Positions 42,821 through 55,950 of a stretch of DNA of 64,000 nucleotides are shown piece after piece (positions within the stretch are counted from its first letter, which is position 1; each line of letters opens with the position of its first letter). The stretch is from the NCBI RefSeq assembly GCF_009914755.1, contig NC_060940.1; one strand, written 5' to 3'. The position numbers were made by a program, and so were the translations under genes. A model generated the notes under the pieces. It made no database searches. It was not told the DNA's origin and was given only the letters and a program-made list of their open reading frames with translations. The stretch is from the human T2T-CHM13v2.0 reference genome, Homo sapiens.

Positions 42821-44651
42821 GTGTTTGAATACTGGTAATGCATTTAGCATTTCTTAACAGGTGTCTACCCAGTGTACAGCAAACTATTTCTGTAGGCTGC
42901 CCGCAGTTGACATCCTCCATTCTGACCCTCGCCAAGCATTTCAGAAAAGGTAGACAGGCCTGCAGAGAAAGCAGATGGCTCATCGCACATCACACAGTGA
43001 GTATGTGGCAAGGTGCGGTCTGGAACGCAGGCTCGGAGCTCAATGCAGTTTCCACTTCACCCACAATGAGAAACACCTCTGTGCACACATTTGACTTAAT
43101 TGAGATAAACCAGCCATCATAAAATTAAATTATGTCTCAAACATACTATATGGAAAAGGTCCTATGTGCATCTCTTTATTGGCATTACATGAAAGCCCAT
43201 AGCTCACTTGTAAGAGCCCATCACAACAATCTTAGGGAAGAGGAAGAAGGCTGTTTCCACATTTGACATTAATTTCCAGCCAACCTGGAGTCAGGGTGTC
43301 CCTACAAGGTGCCGTGTTGGAAAATGCTCCATTGTGAGACCTGAGCCCTCGCTGCTTGCAGCAGCCCCTTTTTAATTCTGTCTCAGCAGCTCGGGCCTAA
43401 CCCTGTTATAGAAAAAGTAATCGTAAATCTGCATGAAGTTTCTGATGATTAGTTTTGCTTGGAATTGGGCCAAAGAGTCAGACTTTTGCCAATTGCATAT
43501 GTACATGTAAGTTCTTTCAAGAAAGAATTTGTTAATCCTTCCCACTAGGCTGAGGGTAAGGAGTTGAGGGGCCTCAAGGAGGAGACACTCTCCCTGACTT
43601 TACTTTATGCTGAAAGGTTGTGCAGCCACCTTAGTAAATGCTCTAATGACAATATTGTCTCACTTTATCCTCACTGTGGCGCAGACGGACACAGATTATA
43701 AATTTTTTAGACAGACGAGGAAGCTGAGACTAATTTTTGGTAACTCGCCTAAGTGTACACAACTAGAAAGATGTTACACTTGAGTCTGGCCCTCTCCTCT
43801 CTGATTGCAAAGCCCCTGTTGCACAGACACGCAGCTAACATGTACACATTATTCTATATCAAATGATGCCAACTACTACATTTTACCAATTAGGCAGCAG
43901 TGAATGATCCATGCTGCTGATTATCATCTACCTGGCTTCCTTCCCCCTTCTTCTTAAAACTCTGATAATGTGCAGGGCATGAATAAAAGAATGTAAAAAG
44001 AAAAAAAAGCAGTGCAAGAGCTCCGAATTACAGGTATAAGGATTATTTTAAATTTCATTTAATTAACCAGTGCTCCATTTTGACAATGAACAGTGGGTTT
44101 TTGATGGGTTACAATGACTTTAGAAGTTAGAAGATAGTAAGAAAGCAGTATGCTGAGGTCGACAGTCAAGGGCTTGGGTTTCAGGCAATCAGGGCTTATA
44201 CCTATTCTCACCCCTCTCTACATTCCTGTCATTTGACACATTACCTCATCTCAACCTGTGTACGCAGAATAACGACGGCATTCCCTGGTAATAGATTAAA
44301 TTTCCAATCTAGTCAGAAGCAGGAAAACAGAGGCCTCCAGAAGGGAATTCCCACAGGCTTTAAATTGACCTCCTATTTACACCCACACCCATGTACCCCA
44401 CCTTCTTCTTGTTAGTAGGACTTGGAACCATAGCTACCTGATTCTGAAGTCCCCTAGGGTATGGGAATTGGAATTTTAAGATGTTACTGTATTCGCATTG
44501 TGGATTTTGTTATTGCAAATGTGAAAGAACTTGCCATTCCAAAGTTGAGATAGCTTGATTTTCAGGCATTTTTTTCAGGCATTTGAGTTCTCTCCTGATG
44601 GCTGTGGGACCACTAGGCAGGAATCACTTACAAGTTGTGGACATCTGTGAG

Positions 44652-44652
<1 letters not shown>

Positions 44653-44682
<30 letters not shown>
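44653..44682 (+). repeat. (CA)n microsatellite, ~15 units
   Basis: Direct reading. Confidence 0.95.
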
Positions 44683-44685
<3 letters not shown>

Positions 44686-45180
44686 TGCTGGAAATTCTAG
44701 CAGGGAAGATGCAACAATTCCACCCTTGTTGCAAGGCATCTCTGGCCTAAGTTCATTTGGGTAACAATGTGGAATTGAGAATCAGGCAGACTTGGTTCCA
44801 AGTCACTCACCAGAGGAAGCCAGAGTGTGTGGGTGCAGATGCAGGAGGGAAGGTAGAGTGAAAGCACATGGACGTCCTCTTCTGATGGTTTCTATTTTAC
44901 CACTCAGTGCTACAATAGGAAACTGATTTCTTACCAGGGGAGAGGATGGGGGCAAAGAGAGGAGACTGAGTTTAAAGAACAGAATGATTCATCTTTTTAA
45001 GCTATTGTATTCCCACCAGATGGAGGACAGAAAAGCAACTGTCATTGAGCAGGTTTAGGTCATCACATATTTGGAGAGTTTTAAGAATCCTTTAGAGACC
45101 ATCTTTCTTCATTTTACAAACAGAAAATCAAGTTCTGAAGAGAGATTAAATGCTCCCTCTCTTCTTGGAACAGATTAAGG

Positions 45181-45430
45181 CAGTGGTTCTCAACTGGGGG
45201 CTATTTTGCCCCCTATCACAACCCCTGCTCATCTCTACAGGATACTTGACAATATTTGGAAATGTTTGTTGTCACAATTGGGGAAGGGGAGAGGGAGAGG
45301 TATTGCAACCAGTATGTGTTGACTGGAACCAAGGATGCTGCTAAACATTGTATAATGCATGAGATAGCCCCCACCACAAAGAACAATCTAGCCCAAAGTG
45401 TGTCAAGAGTGCATAGGTTAGAATACCCTG
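45181..45430 (+). mobile_element. MER20 hAT-Charlie element
   Basis: cagtggttctcaactggggg..attttgcccc...ggatgctgctaaacat...ccccaccacaaagaa...gcccaaa...ccctg. Confidence 0.88.
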
Positions 45431-47019
45431 AATCAAACTGACATTTAACTTGTACAAAGCCATATTACACTCTCTAAACAGCCTGGGCATTTGGTCAACC
45501 AAAAATCTTTGAATACTCCCTCTCTCCAATTGTTTGTGACCCCATAGTCCTTAAATAATTGTCTTCTCTGGAGCTTACCACGTGTCCTTAGAGTTCTTGA
45601 TTCCTATCTTCTAGAGTTAACAACCAATGTTTGGAAACATTTAGGTGTAATAACTGTCAGATAGAGGTGCATGGCTGAATCAGGAAATAATAAAAGTTAC
45701 ATTTTCAACTAAGAGAGACCCTGAAATAAAAGCTAATAGAAAAACTGAATCTTCAAGGGTGTGTTATGAGTTTAAATGAACTACGAGCTAAAATAAACTA
45801 GCTTGATCTCCCAACACAAATGGCAATTGTGGGTTGAATTTAGTTTAGGTATGCTGCAGTTGTAGGTAAACACACTGAATGCTAATGGTTTTATAATAGT
45901 CTTATTAATTCACCCTTCGTAGTTAATGTTTAAGATAAACTCTGTGTCTTTAGAGTAATTTATGCATTCCACTTTTAGAGAATTCCAATTGAATGAATAT
46001 GAACCTAATCATTTTACACAAATGTTCTCCAAGGAGGGAGAGGAAAGTATGAACCGGGCAAAGACTCCCCACTGCTTTATTCATAATGGATCAGCCAATT
46101 CATTCCTTATTAATTTAATGGAGTACAAGTAAGCAGCGTAACAGCTTGAGTTTAGGAGTGTTTCACAAATGGGGCTTTTTGTCTGTAATCACTTAATCCT
46201 GCAGGCTAGGCCTCATAAATTGAATAAAAGAGGGAACTGGGTTTTAATTAAGTCCAAAGAATGAGGCTGCATCAAAAACACAAGCACCACTGACAAACAC
46301 AGGGGTGAAGTGTGTTTGGTTAATATCCCATGCTAAGAGCATCCTGGCCCTGGGAGCCCTGACGGGAACCTTTTGATGTTGGGCTGGAGGGGAAATCCTT
46401 TCCTCATCATGGGCTTGCATCCTGAAGGGCAGTGAGAAGAAAGCCCATGTCTCTGAGCTCTTGCCAGCCCAGGCCTCCCCACAAAGCTGATGCTCAAGCA
46501 AAAAAGGCATTCCTGCCCCTGGTTTTGCATCTGTCCACATCTGGCTGGGAAACAGACTTTTTGACCAGGAGCCCAGTCCAGAGAAAAGGTGAATAATCCT
46601 TTCCCAGGATCTTGTGTGCCCTATTGGAAAGAATCTGGACTTCTAAGCCAGACAGACTCAGATTCAAATCTCAACTGCACAATATAATAGCTACAGGTCC
46701 ATGAATAGGATGGAGATAATGCTTTGCTGGGTTACTACTAAGATAAAGTGAGTTTATGTGGTCAGGCACTGTGCAAAATGAGTGACTCATTGAGGATGTT
46801 CAATGAAACGCAGTTAGCATCATGGTGATCATCTCCTACCTAAAGTAGAAATGTCCTTTTATAAAAACTGCAATAATAAGCCAAAATGGAAAACATTTCT
46901 CCAACCTTTCCTATAAAATTTCCCAGAAACCTCCACTTACTGAAGCCTTTGGTGGATCCCTCTACTTCTGAAAAACTCCACTCAAGGTCCCTCATGGGAG
47001 ATCTTGTCTGCCCCATGGG

Positions 47020-47497
47020 AGGGGAGGCAGAATAATGGCCCCCAAAAGTGCATACATCCTAATTCCTGGAACCTGTGAGTGTGTTACCTCCCCTAGCAAA
47101 GACGAAGACTTTGTGGATGTGATTGAACTAAGGATCTTAACCTGGATTAGCTGAGTCATCCCAAGACAATCACAAGTGATGATAAAGAAAGAATGAAAGA
47201 GACAGGAGAGTCAGTGTCAGAGGGATAGAGCGTGGGAAAGGCACCAATGCTGGCTTTGAAGATGGAGGGAAGAGCCATGAGCCAAGGAATGCAGGCAGCC
47301 TCTAGATGATGGACAAGGCAAGGAAGCGGATTCTCCTCTAGAGCCTCCAGAAGGAACACTGACCTGCAGACACCTTTAATTTCAGCCCAGTGAGACCCAG
47401 TTTGGGCTTCTGACTTCTAGAACTGAAAGATAAATTTGTGTCATTTTAAGCCACAAAGTTCGTGGTAATTTGTTACAGCAGTCATGGGAAACTAAAT
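47020..47497 (+). mobile_element. MLT1D-like MaLR solo LTR
   Basis: ggcagaataatggccccc...ggaacctgtgagtgtgttacc...gattctcctctagagcctccagaaggaac...ggtaatttgttacagcag. Confidence 0.88.
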
Positions 47498-49291
47498 CTC
47501 TATTTCTACTAAGTCTATTAAATGAACTCTGTTTCATTTCTACTTTAAGTATGAGTGCCCAGCCAAACCACCCAAATCCCAGGGGAACTGTACTGTTTCT
47601 TTGGAAATAAGAATCTGTCGGATGAGTTCAGCCTTGTTCTTTAGTCGACATACCGATTATGATTTCTAGTTGTCTAATTTAAGATTATGAACTCCTCCAT
47701 GACAAGCACAGAGACTACTATCAGGCTCTGTTCATACCAGAGTCCCGCACATGTTTAAGAAATTTTACTGATTCAAGAGAAGTGCTAAACTGCAAATTTT
47801 CTGGGACTATGAATTCCTCAAAGAACAGCTATCATTGTAATAGAAGGAGCTCCCCTCTTAATAAAAACAGCAGAAACAACATCAGCCAGGAGGTCTACCA
47901 CAATGAGGATGACGTGGACATCTTATTGAACAACGTACGTGGATCATACCATTCCCATCATTTATTTGTCATTCTCACAACAGCCTCACATCATGTTCTG
48001 AATGCCTATTTTACTAATGAACACACTGAGAGGTTAATAATTTGCTGAATCAATATTCATACTCAGTGTCCTTTGGTCCCAAAGCCCTGGATTTTTCCAC
48101 TACCCAGAAAACTTGAGAATAGATGCTAGTTTTGCATAAAGTCATTTTAACTATTTTTGTATGATTATGATATTCATCTCATTAAAATTTTAGGAAAATT
48201 TTTAAGAAAAAAGATAAGGAACATTGTTTTAAATTCTGCCAAAAAAGATAACACTCTCCCATCCTTTTTGATAGGAACCAGACAGAGGACGAGAGTCCGC
48301 ATGCTGAACCACTTAAATTCACATGGCGGCTAAGAAGACAAGAGTTTCGGCAGGCATAGAGGCTAAGAGAGTTAAGAGCATCCTCCGTGCCTAGTACAGT
48401 CCCCAGCTGCATCATAACCAGATGAAATGAAAAAGTTTTTTCTCCCAATCAAGCCAGCAGGAGAGCAAGGGTCTGTGGTACCTGGGGACAATGCACCATG
48501 CTTACACCCTCTCTAGCCACATGTATGCTACTGCGGAATTGGCAAAGACAGGTATGTTCCCATAGATGCGGCATGCATACAGACAGGTGCCTGGAAACCA
48601 CAAGCCCTCCAAGGCTTTCCTGTGCTAAGCCTGATTTACGAGCTAGTCACCCATGCCTGACTCAAGTCCAAGATCTGGGCTGAACAGCCTCTTCTGCATT
48701 TTCTGATGTGTGACGCCTATTGTGTGCCCCTTCTGGGCTCCTCATGACTCCTGCCAGTCCTTTCATGGGTGGAGGCTTTGAGTGATCCTCGAGAACCAGG
48801 AGAGTAAGGAGTGACTTATATAGGATCAGAATAACCATGCAACTACATCCCAGGAGCTGTGTGCTCAGTGGGTGATTAAATGTGCTGTTTACTTTGTATC
48901 CTCGGTTGTCTACTCAGAGCTCTTTTATTAAAGTTTGTGTAATGCTTCCTAGCCATTAAAACAGCATTTCGTAAATGGGCTTACTTTGGGAGGCTGAGAT
49001 GCCCAGAAGCATGGAGGCACCTGTCTCGGGTGGAGACACCTGAGGTATTATTTACAGATTTATGTATTAAACAAACAAACCTGACACTCCTTTTCTATTC
49101 CAGAGTGCAACCCTTTTTAGTCATCAACCTGGGGGAGAGATCTCTTCTGCACATAAAAGTATCCCCACAGCATTGTGATCACACTGGAGAAAGTGGACGG
49201 GATAAAGAGAAGGAAGGACGTTTTGTTGAGTGCCTTCTATGTGCTGTTCGCTCTGCTGAGCTTCAAGTTTCTCAAATATAAATGGGGGAGA

Positions 49292-49697
<406 letters not shown>

Positions 49698-52007
49698 CTA
49701 ATTCTTTCCATGCATTTTCTCACCTAAGCCTTACAACAACCCGGAGGGATAGGTACGATTTTACAGATGACAAGACTGAGGAACAGAGTTTAAGCCAATT
49801 TCCCAAGATTGCAGAGCTACTGAGGGTCACAGACACTATTTTGTCCTTCAGTGGTTAGTCTTCTAGAGCCCATAAGCTTCACCTCTGTGGTATCTGTTTC
49901 CCATTTTGCAGGCACCACATGTCCCACTATTTGGGATAATATGGTAAAATGCATAGTACAGTCTTCCCACTTCCAAGCAGCACTATAAATGGAGACTAAC
50001 AGTTCATCTAACTGGAGACGGCAAAGAAGGCTTCCTAGAGGAGGTGGCCCCTCTAGTATCTTGCTTTTCCTACAAGCACCCCTGTAGGCCCATCTTTGGG
50101 AAGTTGGGGTGGGGGGCACATAGGTGCCAGGTTGAAAAAGTGTTTCTGTTCCTTCCAACGAAGAGAACAGAAAGAGGTCCAGAGAGAGAGAAACATACAG
50201 ATGTCCTCCAGCTTTCAGAACCTGAAGGCTGATTTCAAATAAGTTGTGCCCATTTGGGGCTGTGCCTAGAGGAAGAGAATGTTGGAATCATTCTCTTCTC
50301 TTCTTGTGCAACCACTTTTAGAGGCAGCTTGAGAAGAAAGTTTAATCAAAGTGGTTTTTAGACAATGAGGAACCTGAGTCAGGCCCCTACACCTGTGAAG
50401 GCCACTCTGTTCAGCTTCCTATAACATCTCTTATGTAGATATTCTGTAGAATATAGATAGGTAGATACGTATATATTGAAAAATATCAACTCAGGAATTA
50501 TTTTTTCTCTGATAACTGTTGAAAGAGCCCTTTCATTAATAGCAAATCCTTTTGTTTCTGCCTTGCCCCTTCAACAACAACAAAAAAATTTGAAAAGAAT
50601 ACGAATGCCGATTGACCTTCACTCAAATGCACTTTTTTAAACCTAGGACTGCCTTCCTTATCCAAGTAATGGCTTTCAGACAGATTATAAGATCTTGTAC
50701 CAAATTAAGCAAAAGATTAGAAGAATAAGGACACACTGAGAAAACACGTGCTGCCTCTTTAATGTCTCAGGTTTTCTTTAAACACAAAAGGACGGCGGCA
50801 TTATCCTTTATCACAATACCCAGCCAACTTTAACTCGTCTCAAGTGTTATTATAAGAAATAGAATTTACTGCTATGGACTTCTCTTCAATACCACTCCTT
50901 CCCTGTTTAATGAAATATCATTATTCCAATACAAACCCTTTCTTTTTGCAGCCTGTTCCCCCCCGCGACCCAACCACTATATTTCATTTCCTGCAGTTAC
51001 GTGATATTATTGCCTTTTTTCCACAGCTATTGATTTAGGTGTATATGGTTATTACAATGCAAAATAAAACAGCTCCCCCATCCATTCTACCTTGTACCAT
51101 TGAACATTAACTTAATTTGTTTCAAATCTGCATTTGATTTGGCAAGGAAACCATTTATCTTTATGAAGAAAGCCCTCATAAAGTAGAGAGTTTAGAAGAT
51201 CACTGCTTTAAAAATTTAATAGCCTTGTGTCTTATAAACTAGAAAAATGAATTAAACCTTCAAATAGTGTATGTCTCAATGTAACCTTTTTGCATTTCAT
51301 ACTATGTTTAATTTATTATATTCTGGAGGAGGAAAAAAGTTACAGGACAGATCGCAGCATGTGGCTTGCTTCAGCATCGCATGAATAAAGTCAAGGTTTA
51401 CCACTCATAAGCAGTGTGATTCGCAGGAATTCTCGTTCATCTCACGCTGAAGTTGACGTTGCAATTTCAGGTGCTGCAAGAATGGGTTTTGTCCAGAGTT
51501 TTTCCATGGTAAAAGAAGGGGCTCTCTCCCTGGAACACTTGAAGTGCAGCCTGAGGGTAGAGGGAAGTAAGGGGGAAAGTAGAGCTAATAAAGGTATAAT
51601 GACGCTTTTAAAAGATTCAGAAATAAGAAAATGCTCCACTCAGAAGTAACAGGGTGTCTCCAAGAGGATGAGAAACAGTGTCTGAGCTTAGGTCTCAGAA
51701 ATGGCCAGAAGATACTGGTATCAATGCCAAAAATAGCATCACCTGGGCTCTTAAATATATACTGCTAATAGATACTCACAGTTAAAAATAAATTTAAAAA
51801 GAAATAAAAAGGAAGGACTGAGGCTGCAGCCCTTGCTATCTCTCTTTATTGCAGACCTTCTTTTCTTTCTTGCTGCCTCCATCTGTGATATGTGTGGGTA
51901 ACACAGGTTAGTGGGAGATGAAGTTTAAAGAATAGAAAATTATCAACTTGACAACTTTCAGTTGAATGAAGATAATAGTTCAGTTCATACTTTAAAGTGT
52001 AGGGTAA

Positions 52008-52410
52008 GTCCACCATCATCACTACCATCACAGTCATCACCCCCAGGTCTATGACTACTACCATCACCACCACCAGGGCTACCACCACTATGACCATCAC
52101 CACCACAGCACCACCATAATCACCAGTACCACCATTATCATCACTACTGCCAATGCCATCACCATCACTACATCCGTGCTACCACCACCTTCACCATTAC
52201 CATCTCATAACTACCAACATCACCACCACCACCATCACTACCACCAACCATACAATCACCATCATCATCATCATTACCACCAGAGATACCACCACTACCA
52301 TCACCATCACTGTCCCGCCACTACCACTATCATCATCACCACCACCAATACCAACACCAAGACCATCATCACCACCAGGGCTACCATCATCATCGCCGTC
52401 ACAAATACCA
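52008..52410 (+). repeat. Degenerate (CAC/CAT/TAC)n trinucleotide low-complexity tract, ~400 bp
   Basis: caccatcatcactaccatcac... with an internal repeated unit caccaccagggctacca at ~52071 and ~52370. Confidence 0.95.
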
Positions 52411-52959
52411 TACTTTTATATATCCAATATGCTAAACTCTCTCCTTCAAAAATTCAACAGTATTGAATTGCAGGTATCCATCCCTTTTTGCCAGAGAATT
52501 CGGGAAGTTGCAGGAATGGAAAGTGAGTTGCTCGATGTCACAAAGGAAGAGCCAAGATAAGAATTCAAGTGTTTCTCAGTCCCAAACCATGTTGCATTTT
52601 TTTGTATGCTTTCACTAAACCACTTCAGTCCAAAATAATCTTATTATTTAGGACATTTTTCCTTTTCCAAAGACTCGGATGCTTGATTATTATGATAAAG
52701 TTTGAAACATAATCTGTTGAATTGGTCATGCTTGTAGAAAGGTTGAACACTCCCAGTGACTTGGCTAGAGAATGGTTCAGAGGAATGGCTCTCTGTCTCT
52801 TTCAATCACTGAGGACGTCCAATGCTGTTCTGGGAGCCTGCAGTGCCTCCTCTGTTTGTATTGGCTTCCCTGTTCTCTACGTGTCTCTTCTTAAGCCCTT
52901 CTTTCTCCAGCTGGGCACTCCTGACTATGCCGTCTCTAGCAAATCTCTTTTTTTCTGCA

Positions 52960-53200
52960 GTAAGTATTTGTAATAAACAGCCAGCATTTATCTTATTCTT
53001 ACTATGTGGCAGGCTTTGTGCTAAGTTCTTTCCATGGATTACCTCATTTAATTTTTACATTTCTGTAAATTATCATTATGCTAATTTTAATGATGCTAAA
53101 ACAGAGGCTGAGATTAAACAACTTGCCTGAGGTCACCCGTGTAGACTTGTGAACTGAACCCTAAATTCTGTCCCCCTGCATATTCTCCTGTGCTCTGAGC
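52960..53200 (-). mobile_element. MIR SINE
   Basis: cttactatgtggcaggctttgtgctaag...aaacagaggctgagattaaacaacttgcctgaggtcac. Confidence 0.75.
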
Positions 53201-53317
53201 ACTCTGTTCCTTGCAGTTTGTCACCAGATTGCATTCTGTGCCTTTTTCACAATAGGACCGCACCGAACCTGGAAGAGCTCCCAACAACACAGAGAAGAAT
53301 ATTAGGGATGTGGGTGC

Positions 53318-53915
53318 TGTTACATGCATTAGTGTTTCTTGATTGACAATACCCGCCAGATGGACACCCAGAAACACACCTGTAAAACAAAGTTAAGTTT
53401 ATTGGCTTGTTGGAATTTGAGAAAACCACACCAAAGGGAGCCATGTGTTGTCTCAGTAACAAGGTGCTAGAAAGAACTTACAGGAATTGGGCTTGTGTGA
53501 GGTGATTTTGAAGTAGATTCAAAAAAGTGGAAGTTTGCTCTCAATTGGGCACTGTGAGTAAATGGACGCAATTCTATGATTGTGTATCTTAGCATATCTG
53601 ATCTATGGGGGGACAGACAACTGTGAGGTTTCAGCTGTGATTGGCAAGGAAGCTGCAGTCACCATATTATCTGGGAAAGAGGGACGGTTGGTATTTTGAG
53701 GATTGGTACTTTATGTTGTATTTTTGAACAACACTCATGTTTTGTCTGTACTGAGACATGATTACAGAGTGGTCTTGTTTTTGCCTGGCTCTGTCATGGT
53801 CACACAGACATTGTGACATTGGTGTTCCATAAAAGTTTTCATGTGCAACAGAAGAACACCAGGCCTGCTCTGAGTGTCAAGCCAGTTCCCAGAATTACAA
53901 ACGGCCAGTTTTTCA
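53318..53915 (-). mobile_element. ERV solo LTR, MER90-like
   Basis: TG...CA termini (tgttacatg...gtttttca), ~600 bp; tttatt (minus-strand AATAAA) at ~53398; resembles the recalled MER90a consensus. Confidence 0.55.
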
Positions 53916-54139
53916 TGTTAGATCAGCACTTAGCTGTTAGCAGCTACTTTTCTCTTTCTCAATTCATTGTTGTTTCTCAGGAAAATGTCCCTGCCTGGAG
54001 CTCGAAACCAGTAAGAAAGTTTTCAAAGCACACTGAAGACCAAAGCCAAGGTAGGAACCAGGCTCACCAATAACCATGGACCACCCCCTCTAAGTTTCCA
54101 CTGAGATCTACTTCCAAGCACATTCATTACAGGTATGGG

Positions 54140-54390
54140 GAGCAGAAGAGTATTGTGGTCAAGAATAAACACCCATAGAGTGTTTGGATTCATATTCTAC
54201 CTTCATAAGATATTAGTTCTGTGATCTTAAAGACATATCTTAGCTTCTGAGCTACCATTTTCTCATCGGGTAGAAGGAAGAGAATAATACTGCCTTTGTC
54301 ATAGGGTTGCCATGAGAATCTATGAAATAATATATAAAAAGTGCTTACCAAGTGACAGACACATAGTAATTCCTCAGTAAATGGTAACCA
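54140..54390 (+). mobile_element. MIR SINE, near full length
   Basis: tgtggtcaagaa...catagggttgccatgagaat...aaagtgctta...acatagtaattcctcagtaaatggta. Confidence 0.75.
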
Positions 54391-54526
54391 ACATGACTTC
54401 TTTTGCCACCCTCTTTGCTTACAAGGCTACTGAAACGTTGGTCTTTCTTTCTTTTAAACGTGCCAAGAGCCCTTGCTCTTCCTGGTGTCTTTACCTGGTG
54501 AGCTCTGCCCCATATATCCTTATAAC

Positions 54527-55008
54527 TGTGTGGTGCACAAAATAATGGTCCCCAAAGATGTCCATGTCCTGATTCCCAGAACCTTGGAAGATACTACTTC
54601 ACGAAGAAAAAGAGACTTTGCAAATATGAATGAGATAAAGACCTGAAGATAAGGAGATTAGCTTCATTTGTTCAAGCGGGTTTAATGTAGTTATAAGACC
54701 CCTTAAAAGTGGACATGAGAGGAAGAAGAGTCAGGAAGATAGATAGCCCACCATTGCTGGGTTTAAGCATGGAGGAAGGGGCCACAAACCAAGGACGGTG
54801 GGTGGCCACCAGAAGTTCAAATAGGCAAGGAAATGAATTCTCCCCTAGAGCCTCCATAAAAAATCATGGCCCTGATAACATCTTGATTTGGACCTAGTGA
54901 GACCTGTGTCTGACCAACAGCACCATAAGAAAATAAATTTGTGTTGTTTTAAGCCATCATGTTTTAAGCCATCAAAATAACAACGTTATTTGTTACAGCA
55001 GCCAATAC
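54527..55008 (+). mobile_element. MLT1D-like MaLR solo LTR inserted in L2
   Basis: tgtggt..aataatggtccccaaagatgtccatgtcc...attctcccctagagcctcc...tgttacagcagccaataca. Confidence 0.88.
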
Positions 55009-55699
55009 AAAACTGAATCCTTCCCACTCAAATCTCAGCTCAAATGTCACTACTCAAGAAGTCCTTCCAAACTGTTCAATCTAAATTACACATCCCATCC
55101 CTGCTCCCCAGATGCTGTCCAAGTCTCTCATTCTGTTTTTCACTTGGTACTTACCAGTCTTTACAATTAGCTTCCAATGTATTTCTTTAGTTAATTCCCT
55201 CTTGCCCCACATGAACTTGTTCTCCTCTGTATGAACAATACCAAAAAGAGCACTGTAGCAACAACATCTAAAAGAGTGCCTGGCATTTAACAGGAGGAAG
55301 GAGCCACAAGTCAGGGAACTTCTTACCTCTCATGTTTTTCAAACTGACCTTTAGGAAATTTAGCGTGGCATACAGGCTGCCATAGGCAATTAAAAAAAAA
55401 AAAGCCAGTTTACTCAGAATTGCAAACAAATGAGATCAGCATATTTGGGACATGAGTGTTACTGTTTCTCTATCATTGCAAAATACCAGTAGTCTATTTT
55501 CACATTCTTTCCTGTTAAACCCACACAGAACCTCAGAATCCTTCCCAACCCAAAGCGCAAGGCAGCCATTGGACATCAAATGTGGTTGAAGTATTTACAA
55601 GATAAAAGAAATTATTTACTATTCTTAAAGAGTAATGACTGAAAACAAAGGTTCATAGAATTGTAGAAGAAACTAGGTACATGAAGGCTGAGGGAAAAG

Positions 55700-55950
55700 C
55701 ATAATAATAATAATTGATTGCCTACTATGTGCTAGGCACTGTCCTAAGCTTTGACATGCAATATCTTATCCAGTCCTCACACTGATTTGTTGAAATAGGC
55801 CTTATTTTTATTTCACTTTTGACAGATGGGGAAACTGAGGCATGAAGAAGTTAAGTACCTTTCCCAAGGTCACAGAGCTAATATGTGGCACAGTAGATAT
55901 TTGAAACTCAGAACTTTAATTCTGGACACCTCACAGTTAGTTATTATATA
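55700..55950 (-). mobile_element. MIR SINE
   Basis: cctactatgtgctaggcactgt...acagatggggaaactgaggc...cccaaggtcacagagcta. Confidence 0.85.

Noticed and set aside
52153-52560. His/Thr/Pro-rich ORFs (135 aa, 96 aa) and the antisense Val/Met-rich ORF
   Set aside because: These are translation artefacts of the CAC/CAT repeat; all frames are open by composition, with no gene context
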